This document shows, piece by piece, positions 36,272 to 45,032 of a stretch of 64,000 nt of DNA. A model generated the notes under the pieces. It saw only the letters and a list, made by a program, of their open reading frames with translations, did no database searches and was not told the origin of the DNA. The position numbers and the translations under genes were made by a program. Within the stretch, counting starts at the first letter, position 1. Each line of letters begins with the position of its first letter. The stretch is taken from sequence record MK308675.1. The stretch is one strand, 5' to 3'.

Positions 36272-37402
36272 TCAGCCAGTACAAATAGCACTACCTACAG
36301 CAGCTAGACCTATCGTACCTACAGCCAAGAACCCTAGTGCAACGACACCTGGATTGAGAATACAGAATGCCTTAAACTTAGACCATAGAGACATCTTACG
36401 TTCCTCTATTGTGAAGGAAGGCTTAACTAGTCTCTCTAGACTTTCCTTAGTTTCAGATAGACGACTAGCCTCTTCCTGAGCACGCTTTAGCCAAGGACGT
36501 TCAGGGTCATTAGGGTCAGAGCGCTCTATCTCTTCACGCACACGTCTAGCGGTCTCTACCTCTTCCATTATTCTTCCAAAGCGAGGAGTCATAGGTGGCT
36601 GAGGAGCGAAAGCTTTTTGTAGCCTTTCCAACTGAGCATACATACGCTCACTTTTAAGCATAGCATCTGTAGGTACCAAGCCGAAAGCGTTATAGGCTCG
36701 CAACCAGTGCTCTGATGGGTCTATCGGTTTAGTATGGATGCCGCCGCCTGTACAGCCCACGATAGCGTCTAGTGTATCGAAGAGCTCTTTATAAGCTTCA
36801 GTAAACTTCTCAAGTTTAATGACCTGTCGCGTCATAGAGAACTCTGTCTTGGTGACTACGACAGCCCACTTATGGACATCCGACTTAACGATGCGAATGT
36901 AAAAGTCTCGCTTCGTCTTCCCTGTTAATGCCATGGTAGTAGGTATGATTTGAAATAGGTCGCCTTCTCGCGTAACTCGGCAAGTCGCCGGTGCGTTAAA
37001 GATGGCATTAAAGAGATTACGAATGTCTCCGTCCAAACCTAGTCTGTCATGTCCGACGGACTTTAGCCACTCACTAGCGTAGTCGGGTAACTGCTTAGCT
37101 CCCTCCATAAACTTCTCGATGAAGTAAGAACGCCATTCGTGGGGCAGGTCGGTGATAAGAATAGAGCGGTCTTTGACGGGTTGGATTTTGTAGATGCCGC
37201 CCACTTCGATAAGCATGCCGCCTTTATGGTCGACGAGCATACGCTGGTCTTTACATTCAGCAACATCCATGACACCTTTAGTATAAAAGCGCATGAGTTG
37301 GAAGCATGCCTCATTGGTGAGAGATTCGTTATGACGTTTTTCGTCTTGTAGGGCTGCCCACATTTTTTTACGCGATAGCATAGTGCTTTCCTTCTTTACC
37401 AA
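36272..37402 (-). CDS. C-tail-anchored protein
   Basis: Ends GVVALGFLAVGTIGLAAVGSAICTG; likely start MLSRKK. Confidence 0.6.
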   Translation of the reverse strand: MVKKESTMLSRKKMWAALQDEKRHNESLTNEACFQLMRFYTKGVMDVAECKDQRMLVDHKGGMLIEVGGIYKIQPVKDRSILITDLPHEWRSYFIEKFMEGAKQLPDYASEWLKSVGHDRLGLDGDIRNLFNAIFNAPATCRVTREGDLFQIIPTTMALTGKTKRDFYIRIVKSDVHKWAVVVTKTEFSMTRQVIKLEKFTEAYKELFDTLDAIVGCTGGGIHTKPIDPSEHWLRAYNAFGLVPTDAMLKSERMYAQLERLQKAFAPQPPMTPRFGRIMEEVETARRVREEIERSDPNDPERPWLKRAQEEASRLSETKESLERLVKPSFTIEERKMSLWSKFKAFCILNPGVVALGFLAVGTIGLAAVGSAICTG

Positions 37403-37452
37403 AAATGAAATAGTGAAATAGAGGTAGGTTGTAGCCTACCTCTTATTATGTT

Positions 37453-37773
37453 TTAAATGTCTTCGTTCCAGCGGTTTTCTAACCACAAGTCAAAAGAGTT
37501 AAAGCGATTGATGAAGCCAGACTTCTTGTAAGCTACGTCCTGTGACATATAAAGATACACGCGACTGCGAGCCTCTTTAAAGTCTAGGCCTTCCATCTTA
37601 GCTTTACGTAGAACGTCCAGAACGTCGCTGCGTAGTTCGTTGAGGGTTTTCTCAACTAGAAGTTTGTAACGGTCTCTGGCTTTCATAGCGCCAAGTCGTA
37701 GACGGTAAAGACCGATGGAGATAGCGCAAGCGGCTAGCACGAAGTACCAGTATTCGATAAAGTACTCAATCAT
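37453..37773 (-). CDS. N-anchored basic membrane protein
   Basis: TM segment YFIEYWYFVLAACAISIGLY. Confidence 0.6.
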   Translation of the reverse strand: MIEYFIEYWYFVLAACAISIGLYRLRLGAMKARDRYKLLVEKTLNELRSDVLDVLRKAKMEGLDFKEARSRVYLYMSQDVAYKKSGFINRFNSFDLWLENRWNEDI

Positions 37774-37939
37774 TGTTTTTCTCCGCAGAGTGTTGTAGGT
37801 GGTAGATGGTAAACTCGGAATGACAGCGACCGCAAACGGCCATGCTTATGTCCCCTGAGTCAACTTGTTCAAGACAACCTGAGTTGTTACATTCAGGACA
37901 GATGCCTTGTATTAGCTTTTCGTAGGTTTGATTGGACAT
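37766..37939 (-). CDS. 57-aa zinc-ribbon microprotein (not in ORF track)
   Basis: MSNQTYEKLIQGICPECNNSGCLEQVDSGDISMAVCGRCHSEFTIYHLQHSAEKNND has two CxxC motifs and overlaps both neighbours. Confidence 0.65.
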   Translation of the reverse strand: MSNQTYEKLIQGICPECNNSGCLEQVDSGDISMAVCGRCHSEFTIYHLQHSAEKNND

Positions 37940-38757
37940 GCTTCTAAAACTCCAGCAAAGTCGATGTTACATTTCTTACAGATGCTGCCGTACACTTCGA
38001 CTAGGCTGATATTCATAACCGACGGGATACAGCTGACATCGCCGCTACGACTACCTAATACGTGCCAGGTCGTCCAAGGGAACCAATGTGACGATGGTAC
38101 GGTTGGTTCTTCCAAAGGGTCGATTAGCGAAACTACGCCGGAGTTTAACGTTTCTAGTTCGGACAGTAAGAAATCGCCATTGGCCACATGAAGAGCTTCG
38201 TATATTTCCTTAGCGGTGTGGGTTCCAACCGTACGGTAGTGATTCTGTGCCTCGACCGCAGTTACGTCAGAGTCAAGAACCCATTGAATGCGGTTCTTTT
38301 TCACATAAAGATGAACCGACTCTGCGCCAAACATTCCAGTCACATAATAGAAGTCTTCTTCTAGGTCTAGATGTACCGCCTCTAGGCCGATAGGCACTAG
38401 GTTGTTATCGTCAGACAATCGGTAGACCGGGTTACCTGTAAGGTACCAAACGCGAAGTAAGGCAAGGGCACCTAGTGTTTTGGGTACCTCTTCGTAATTA
38501 GAAAGAGGATTAGTATTTTCATCCTCATGAATCGTAATGGCGATTTTCAATTCATCCCAGTTATCGAGCAGTCCGATGTCAAATGGAATCCCTTCGATTC
38601 CGCAGTCACCTTTCTGCCAGATTTCATTAGCGCCTTTAGCGTAGATAAAAGGAACTTCTACGCCATACTTAGCAAAGCGAACAGTAATCACGGAACTTTC
38701 ATCTACAATATCTAAGACGGCTTTGAAGTCGTCCTTAGTAAGTATTTCTTTTTGCAT
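37912..38757 (-). CDS. hypothetical protein
   Basis: 281 aa with AAGGA RBS. Confidence 0.6.
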   Translation of the reverse strand: MQKEILTKDDFKAVLDIVDESSVITVRFAKYGVEVPFIYAKGANEIWQKGDCGIEGIPFDIGLLDNWDELKIAITIHEDENTNPLSNYEEVPKTLGALALLRVWYLTGNPVYRLSDDNNLVPIGLEAVHLDLEEDFYYVTGMFGAESVHLYVKKNRIQWVLDSDVTAVEAQNHYRTVGTHTAKEIYEALHVANGDFLLSELETLNSGVVSLIDPLEEPTVPSSHWFPWTTWHVLGSRSGDVSCIPSVMNISLVEVYGSICKKCNIDFAGVLEACPIKPTKS

Positions 38758-38766
38758 GTTATTTCC

Positions 38767-39102
38767 TTAGTGCTTTATAGTCGCACAGTCCAAGTCATTG
38801 ATGCGAAATGCCAGGGCAGGCATGTCGTGTGTTTCTAGAACATAACTGCTATCGATTTCAGTAAGAATAGATAAAACAATATCCATCATCGTAGCTCTAA
38901 TAAGGTCCTGTACTTCAGGCTTTAGAGGAGACTGCTTTAGACCTTCTAAGTAGCCGACCATATATTCATGCACTCCGATGTTGCCATGTTGTCTCCAGAA
39001 CCCAACGATTCGACTGAGGGACAACTGTAAAGCTCTCTCGGCGAATTGACGGTCTTCCTTACTGAGTTCGCCGCGGCTATATTCTCCCACTAATGTTGTC
39101 AT
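38767..39102 (-). CDS. hypothetical protein
   Basis: 111 aa. Confidence 0.55.
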   Translation of the reverse strand: MTTLVGEYSRGELSKEDRQFAERALQLSLSRIVGFWRQHGNIGVHEYMVGYLEGLKQSPLKPEVQDLIRATMMDIVLSILTEIDSSYVLETHDMPALAFRINDLDCATIKH

Positions 39103-39158
39103 AATTTATCCAAATTTAAAGTTAGTGGAAAGGAGCCCCGCAGGACTCCTTTATAAGG

Positions 39159-39890
39159 TTAGCAAGTAATAGCTTTCTCAACGCTGTGCCAAACAGACTG
39201 ACCGATATCTTGTACGGTCTTGCTGCTAGTCTTAAGAGGCTGAATCTGAGAACGAGGATAGTCCTCGTACGTTACGATACCGCCTTCAGTCAGTATACCT
39301 ACTCGACACATCGCATATGCCTTAGACGTCGGTGCGTCAGCATGTACGAATACGCCAACTCGTGAGTTAGGATTACTCGGCGTAGGCAAGATGCGAACGC
39401 GACGTCCTTCGTTAATAGGCGGGAAGTCCTTCTTAACGATTTCCAGAATGCGTTCGGTTTCCGAGATAGCCTTATTGCCGTAGTAAGTCTTGCCGATGTG
39501 GCGTAACTCTTTAGCCGGGATAACTAGGAACTCGTTTTGCATCACGTACTTGTGACTCTCTAGGATTTTCTCCATGAGGCCTGGCTGTGATTGTAAGCGA
39601 GTCATCTCGATGGAGAGAAGCTTCACGTAACCACTAGCGCCTAATGTTAGTAGGGCATTAGTATAGTTCGTGAAAACATTCATCATCCATGCGGCTTGGA
39701 TAACTGCGTTACCGTCGTTATCTGAGGCAGGTGGAATTGCGGGAGCGAACTCCGACAACCCTTGAAGTGCATTTGATAACTCACGTGTGCGTTCAGAAAC
39801 GTATGAACCCGGGACTTCTGTAGATTCTTTAAAGATTGCTACGGTGCCGTCGAGTAGAGTGATTTCGTAATCCATGTGGTTAATCTCCAA
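39159..39890 (-). CDS. hypothetical protein with possible C-terminal SH3-like barrel
   Basis: INEGRRVRILP...VGVFV pattern. Confidence 0.55.
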   Translation of the reverse strand: MEINHMDYEITLLDGTVAIFKESTEVPGSYVSERTRELSNALQGLSEFAPAIPPASDNDGNAVIQAAWMMNVFTNYTNALLTLGASGYVKLLSIEMTRLQSQPGLMEKILESHKYVMQNEFLVIPAKELRHIGKTYYGNKAISETERILEIVKKDFPPINEGRRVRILPTPSNPNSRVGVFVHADAPTSKAYAMCRVGILTEGGIVTYEDYPRSQIQPLKTSSKTVQDIGQSVWHSVEKAITC

Positions 39891-40269
39891 TTACGGTTTG
39901 AATGTAAGCCTCCGCCACAATCTCACGAATCTTAAGTTCGATGTGTGCTGGGCAAGAGGCCGATACAGAGAGAACTGCTCCGTTCTCCCAACAGTTTGAC
40001 ATATGGTAGATAGGTTCGATAATGTCAAGGCTAGCGTAGGTGCCGATACTAATTGCGGTTACAGAACCGCAAGGAGTACGACGCTCAACGTTAAGTTCGG
40101 CAACCAGAATAGGTTGCTCTAGAATAAGTTTAAGAAACAGATGAACAACTTCTTCGTTCTTTTTATAGCTGTTCGTAGAAAGAACGCGCTGATGCGGCCA
40201 ACACTCTTTAGCGTGAGAGTTGTAGTTGCTAGGCAGGTTCTTAGTTAGTGCATTGATGCGTGCAGACAT
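39880..40269 (-). CDS. hypothetical protein
   Basis: 129 aa, downstream of the promoter motif at 40310. Confidence 0.55.
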   Translation of the reverse strand: MSARINALTKNLPSNYNSHAKECWPHQRVLSTNSYKKNEEVVHLFLKLILEQPILVAELNVERRTPCGSVTAISIGTYASLDIIEPIYHMSNCWENGAVLSVSASCPAHIELKIREIVAEAYIQTVIGD

Positions 40270-40309
40270 GATATGTTATCCTTTATTTTAATGATAGAAA
40301 TTCATAAGG

Positions 40310-40321
40310 GTAATATAGGTT
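40310..40321 (-). promoter_or_regulatory. putative early promoter
   Basis: AACCTATATTAC. Confidence 0.65.
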
Positions 40322-40474
40322 ATACTTTTACTTGAATAATATTATAGAGGGAATCATGCCTCACGCGCGGGGCATCCAATCTTTAGCCTACCTGTCTCCG
40401 GACGGGTAGGTTCCTCTACCCTATAAACAAAAAAGAATATTAACCTGCCCTCCATAAAAGGAGAGCAGGCTATT

Positions 40475-40975
40475 TTAAAACTCTATAAAGAGTACTTCGG
40501 TATCGTCGGGGAAGATGTCGCAGATGGCTGCCTCTAAGACGCCTCTGTCTTCCGTCTTAGCGCAATACTCTCTCCATGGTACGATTACCCTCCTTCCTTG
40601 ATGTAAAGCTTCAGCTGCCTTTAGAGAGCCGATTAGAGCCGATTCCCTTAGTGCGTCTCCGTCTCTCTTATTCTCTATAAAGCAGTAGAGATTATAGACG
40701 TAGAATCCAGCAGACTCTTTAGCCCAAGTGAGCATACCTAGTTTGTCCGTACTTCCTCTATGGGTGCCCTTATCAGCGATATAGGCCTTAAAGAACTTGT
40801 TACGGAATGCGGACTGGAGTATGGTGTCCCAGTTACAACCGATGTTGCAGAAGTTCAGTAAGATATCGCCGGTCTTCAAAGAGCCCATAATGGACTCGTC
40901 GCTTTCTACTATTTTAGCCATGCGAAGAATTCCGTTACTAAAGTGTAGTGATAAGAAGTAACCCAGGATGCCCAT
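40475..40975 (-). CDS. degenerate macro-domain-like (ADP-ribose-binding) protein
   Basis: ILLNFCNIG...AFRNKF...VYNLY...VIVPW follows the macro-fold layout but lacks the Gly loops. Likely start at 40921 (MAKIVES). Confidence 0.5.
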   Translation of the reverse strand: MGILGYFLSLHFSNGILRMAKIVESDESIMGSLKTGDILLNFCNIGCNWDTILQSAFRNKFFKAYIADKGTHRGSTDKLGMLTWAKESAGFYVYNLYCFIENKRDGDALRESALIGSLKAAEALHQGRRVIVPWREYCAKTEDRGVLEAAICDIFPDDTEVLFIEF

Positions 40976-41031
40976 CCGGCTAACCAGATAAGCAATAGAA
41001 CGGCTAGCGCTAAGCCTCGAATCTTATTCAT
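40909..41031 (-). CDS. 40-aa single-TM microprotein (not in ORF track)
   Basis: MNKIRGLALAVLLLIWLAGWASWVTSYHYTLVTEFFAWLK with AGGAG RBS. Confidence 0.6.
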   Translation of the reverse strand: MNKIRGLALAVLLLIWLAGWASWVTSYHYTLVTEFFAWLK

Positions 41032-41049
41032 GTCGTGTCTCCTAATAAT

Positions 41050-41495
41050 ATAGTTAACAACTCGTCACTGTTAACTTACCGTCCACAGAAAGTCGTGCTT
41101 CTGTGTATGGGTTTCTCCAAAAATGGAATGCTCACCTTTCTTCGGGAAGGTGGGCAAACCTATTTATCCTTAACCCTTTTCTCTAATACTATAGTTTAGG
41201 GCTGTGCTTTTTCACGCCGCCCCTTGAGCGTGACCCAAACGAGCCTACAATCAATGCAATAATCCCGTGCATGACTGTAATCCTAAACTGTGTGGTTTTT
41301 CCGACTAAGTTGGTTGGAATATAGACTTGGGTCTCTTATAGATAGGATAATCTGTTCGAGACCATTTTTTCTATACCTCAAAATTATTGAGGTGTCGGTG
41401 GGCTTCTGGTTGGGTGCCGACATCTCTCCCTTCGGGGAACATTAATGACAGCCAATAAAGTAAATCTCCTCAGGACGTGTCCTGAGGAGATAAAC
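41050..41495 (+). ncRNA. putative structured non-coding RNA
   Basis: About 10 consecutive stems; two cUUCGg loops and several G-U pairs work only on the plus strand; no ORF of 60 aa or more. Confidence 0.4.
41464..41491. terminator. terminator after the dead-HNH gene, possibly also ending the plus-strand RNA
   Basis: 12-bp perfect stem. Confidence 0.7.
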
Positions 41496-41508
41496 TATTT
41501 ACCGCTTA

Positions 41509-42459
41509 TTACCAGCTTTCGTCGAACGATACTTCTTCATCAGAAGATGCAGGTTCTTCGTAAGTAGGTTCAGCCGTTGGGTTTGGTGATTCACTCACTG
41601 CACCGCCAGCTTCAGGTAGTTCAGGCATGTCTGCTTCAGCAGCTGACTTAACTTGCCATGGACCTTCGCTCACCATATCTTCTAATGGTTTACGCTGATG
41701 CTTAGCTAGACGTTTCTGTGTATCGTCGCCGAACTTGTACTCAACAGCACAGACTAGGAACTCAGGGAAGTTGTTGTATAACTTCTGCTGACCTGTTTCA
41801 CTGTTACGTACTTTAACTGCTTCACGTGGGACCCAAGTGATAGTACCAGTCTCTTTATCGAACTTAAGCTCATGTGAGAAGATGCCGCCACCGAAGTCAA
41901 TGAAGTTCTCAGGAAGAGGACCCCAAGCTAGTGCCTGTAGCATTTCTTTCTTAGCCCACCAAGGAGCGTTAGCAAACGCCGGACCGTCAGCTACAAGTTT
42001 GTACATTGTGTCGCTCTCAGGCGTTACAGGCATCTTGTTGTACGCATTAAGTACACGGCCATAGCGGTCGATAACGTAACGAGTATAACCAGGAATGTAG
42101 CGGAAGTTCTCGTCGTGTTCCCAAGGGATAGGGCTAGCGAATACGAAGTAGTAATCCGAAGCTTGATATTCAGAGTTGAACTTCTTAATCATTGGGTAGT
42201 GCGGATGCGATACCGGAATACCTGCCTGACGAAGAATCATAGAAGCTTTAGGAATGTCAATGCTCTTACGTTCAGTATCGCCATCGAAAAGAATCGTGTC
42301 GTTAGAAGGCTGTTCGCCTGGGTAACGGAAGTTCTTCGGAATGTTGCGGTCCATTTTTAGAATCGATTCAAAGCGCGGATTAAGTTCGTGCTCCGGGCCG
42401 TGATGTTCACGAGGTTTAGGTTGACGCTTTTGGCCACCCCAGCCACCACCATAATTCAT
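41509..42459 (-). CDS. catalytically dead homologue of the intron HNH endonuclease
   Basis: YFVFASPIPWEHDENFRYIPGYTRYVIDRYGRVLN aligns to the intron HNH; the DH...N...N motif is absent; biased codons; acidic tail. Confidence 0.6.
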   Translation of the reverse strand: MNYGGGWGGQKRQPKPREHHGPEHELNPRFESILKMDRNIPKNFRYPGEQPSNDTILFDGDTERKSIDIPKASMILRQAGIPVSHPHYPMIKKFNSEYQASDYYFVFASPIPWEHDENFRYIPGYTRYVIDRYGRVLNAYNKMPVTPESDTMYKLVADGPAFANAPWWAKKEMLQALAWGPLPENFIDFGGGIFSHELKFDKETGTITWVPREAVKVRNSETGQQKLYNNFPEFLVCAVEYKFGDDTQKRLAKHQRKPLEDMVSEGPWQVKSAAEADMPELPEAGGAVSESPNPTAEPTYEEPASSDEEVSFDESW

Positions 42460-42544
42460 GGGGTTCTCCTTACAAAAGAAAAAAGATTTGTTGTTTGTTA
42501 ATATAGGACGGCCATAAATCCCATCCTATATTATTAATATACGG

Positions 42545-42916
42545 CTAAGCTCTAGCCCAATTGTTCTCGCAGTCTCGTTCGATTGCAATTGGATTAGAGT
42601 CAGCTATAATGCCTTTAGTGAACTGTGCTCGACTTTTAACCGTAGGGTCATCATCGGAACTAAGCTCTTCTAGTTGCTCCATATTGCGAACAACTAATAG
42701 TCTTACGTTCGGGTCAGGATGTTTAGCTAGCTCAGCGAAGTCTTCTTGAGTATTCTCAGAGAAAGCTTCATCAAGCCATTGCTGGTTCTCCTGACCCGCA
42801 TATGCCGTTTTAAGGCGACAGCCTTGTGTATCGTTGAGAGCAAAGAATTGTCCCACGACAATAAGTTGGTCTCCGTTAATATTCGCCTGTTTCATATTCG
42901 AAATAACTTTGTACAT
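42545..42916 (-). CDS. hypothetical protein with HEAT/LRV-like motif
   Basis: LAKHPDPNVRLLVVRN and LSSDDDPTVKSRA. Confidence 0.55.
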   Translation of the reverse strand: MYKVISNMKQANINGDQLIVVGQFFALNDTQGCRLKTAYAGQENQQWLDEAFSENTQEDFAELAKHPDPNVRLLVVRNMEQLEELSSDDDPTVKSRAQFTKGIIADSNPIAIERDCENNWARA

Positions 42917-43661
42917 CGGGTACGCAATTACCTAACACAATGTTAGCCTGGTGTTCTTTAGTGAACCCATCGTTTACGATATCCAAATACAGAAGCTCCC
43001 CTTTTAATGTTAAACTTTCAGGTACGTTAAATTGATACGGACCATGAATGATGATTTTACCTTCTATGGTATACATCTCTGCATTTTTATTATACAAAGT
43101 TTGAACGTTAGGGGTTTTCTCACAATATGTTACAAGGTCTAATTTAGGGACCTGTTCAAATACCTCCATGAACATGCGTTCGAGAGTTTTAACTTTATCC
43201 GTGTTCTGGATAATCTTACACATTCCGTTTTCAGTCACACGAGAGTTTCTTCTATCTTCTAAGTAAGAGTTCCAGCTAGAAGGGTCGAAGACACGGATGC
43301 CTTTTACACGACCTGTGCGAGCTTTGTCTTGACTCTCAACAGAATCAGCACGTACGCGAGAACGTACTTCCGAGTTAACGAAATATAAGTCTTTCATGAA
43401 CGTCACGTTATGTGCGCCTGCTAACTTACAATCGGCTAACCAAACATCTTCGTGGAAGATTGTTCCTTTCGGAATAAGTAAAGCTTGTTTACGATTGAAA
43501 CCTAGAAAGATAATCTTTCTAAATGTTTCCCCAAGTTGATAGCCCATCTCCTTTAAAATCATGGGAGTGATTATCATGGGCGAATCTTTATCGACTCGAT
43601 ACGCACGGCGTATCTCCTCGAACAAGGCCTCTTTGGCCCAAGTAAAATTTTCCTTTCTCAT
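42876..43661 (-). CDS. hypothetical protein
   Basis: 261 aa, downstream of the promoter motif at 43707. Confidence 0.55.
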   Translation of the reverse strand: MRKENFTWAKEALFEEIRRAYRVDKDSPMIITPMILKEMGYQLGETFRKIIFLGFNRKQALLIPKGTIFHEDVWLADCKLAGAHNVTFMKDLYFVNSEVRSRVRADSVESQDKARTGRVKGIRVFDPSSWNSYLEDRRNSRVTENGMCKIIQNTDKVKTLERMFMEVFEQVPKLDLVTYCEKTPNVQTLYNKNAEMYTIEGKIIIHGPYQFNVPESLTLKGELLYLDIVNDGFTKEHQANIVLGNCVPDVQSYFEYETGEY

Positions 43662-43706
43662 TAAGAGCTCCTAAGATTGTAACAATCCGAATATAAAATC
43701 ATGAAG

Positions 43707-43719
43707 GTAATATAGGTTT
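43707..43719 (-). promoter_or_regulatory. putative early promoter
   Basis: AAACCTATATTAC. Confidence 0.65.
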
Positions 43720-43788
43720 CAAGACTTGATGAAACGAATCATCTAGAACCCCTTCATTTTTAACCGTTTAATCTTAAAGGTTTAACTC

Positions 43789-44994
43789 ATGAGTTTTGCT
43801 AGTGTTAAGGACTTGATGGAGGAACATACTGACTTTAAAGTGGACCGAAAGTTCATTAACAAAGTCTTAATGTTTGTCCAAACATTCCAAAATAAAAACG
43901 ATGAACATACAAACTTCTTCGGCGGGCACCTCATGGGTGTTTACCGACCTGTGTGGGGCGACCAATACGAAAGCATGTATTGGCTCCAAGAAATCTGCGG
44001 TATCTTCGATATCGAGCAAGCACAGGATGACGTGTATGAATTAAAGGACGTTGACCGTAACTGGCGCGTTGCTTCTAACTTAACAAACATCTCGTTCTTG
44101 TACGTAGCCCACCGTATATACAATTCCGGACTGCCACAGAAAGAGAAAGAGATAGGTATCATTTATACTATCATCGCTGCGCACATGAAACACCTAACAT
44201 CAGGTATGCGCAAGCGTTTCCGTTTCCGCGCTAATGAATCGATTGCTATGGCACACTTCGAAAGCTTAGACTACCGCAGTGACTTAAAGAAAGCCGGCAG
44301 CTGGTTCGATTTACTGCGTATGCGCGGTGAGCAAGTGATTGGTCCTAAGTTCCTATGGCAAAAGCAACTAGCTACTTTCCAAGGCACGTACGACATTGTT
44401 AAATGGACGAACGACTTACAGGACCGTCTGACTGACGTACTCAATACTCTTACGGAATCATTCCACAAGATAAAAGACCAAGAAGCTAAGATTAGTTCTT
44501 TCTCTCGCATTGGTGAATACGAAGGCATTAAAGAGGTTGGTTCTTATCGCAACATGCAGCGAGAGATTATCGAAGACCTCAAGAACAAGATGACTCGAAG
44601 AGACGACTTCATTAAAGAAGCACTCATTGCGGATACGGACAGTGTTCTTAGTACTCTGGATGCGCGTTACCTAAGGCAGACGTTAGACTACTTAGTAGAG
44701 AACAACCGCGTACTCCGTACTGACTTAGATAAGCTAGCCGAGTCGATTACCGTACTCATCTTCGAGATTGCTAAGACTGAGAGCATTCCGCTCACACAAC
44801 CTTCTCTTTTATATGGGAAGCTGCGTGACTTGTTCCGTTCTGCTCGTACTAAGCGAGAAGACATCATCGGCATTAAATATCTCTGTAAGACCTTAGTGGA
44901 AGAAGCAATTCCTCGTGCTCGCATGCCCATCCAGACATCGACAGCTATCGGTCTATATACGTACATCATTTTACGCATCTTCACAATACGCTAA
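43789..44994 (+). CDS. conserved Chimalliviridae protein convergent with TerL (probably virion-associated)
   Basis: 401 aa; FFGGHLMGV motif; shares a bidirectional terminator with terL. Confidence 0.55.
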   Translation: MSFASVKDLMEEHTDFKVDRKFINKVLMFVQTFQNKNDEHTNFFGGHLMGVYRPVWGDQYESMYWLQEICGIFDIEQAQDDVYELKDVDRNWRVASNLTNISFLYVAHRIYNSGLPQKEKEIGIIYTIIAAHMKHLTSGMRKRFRFRANESIAMAHFESLDYRSDLKKAGSWFDLLRMRGEQVIGPKFLWQKQLATFQGTYDIVKWTNDLQDRLTDVLNTLTESFHKIKDQEAKISSFSRIGEYEGIKEVGSYRNMQREIIEDLKNKMTRRDDFIKEALIADTDSVLSTLDARYLRQTLDYLVENNRVLRTDLDKLAESITVLIFEIAKTESIPLTQPSLLYGKLRDLFRSARTKREDIIGIKYLCKTLVEEAIPRARMPIQTSTAIGLYTYIILRIFTIR

Positions 44995-45000
44995 TATAAG

Positions 45001-45026
45001 CTCTCCTATCCCGAGGGATAGGAGAG
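45001..45026. terminator. bidirectional terminator at terL
   Basis: CTCTCCTATCC/GGATAGGAGAG stem. Confidence 0.75.
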
Positions 45027-45032
45027 TACTTA

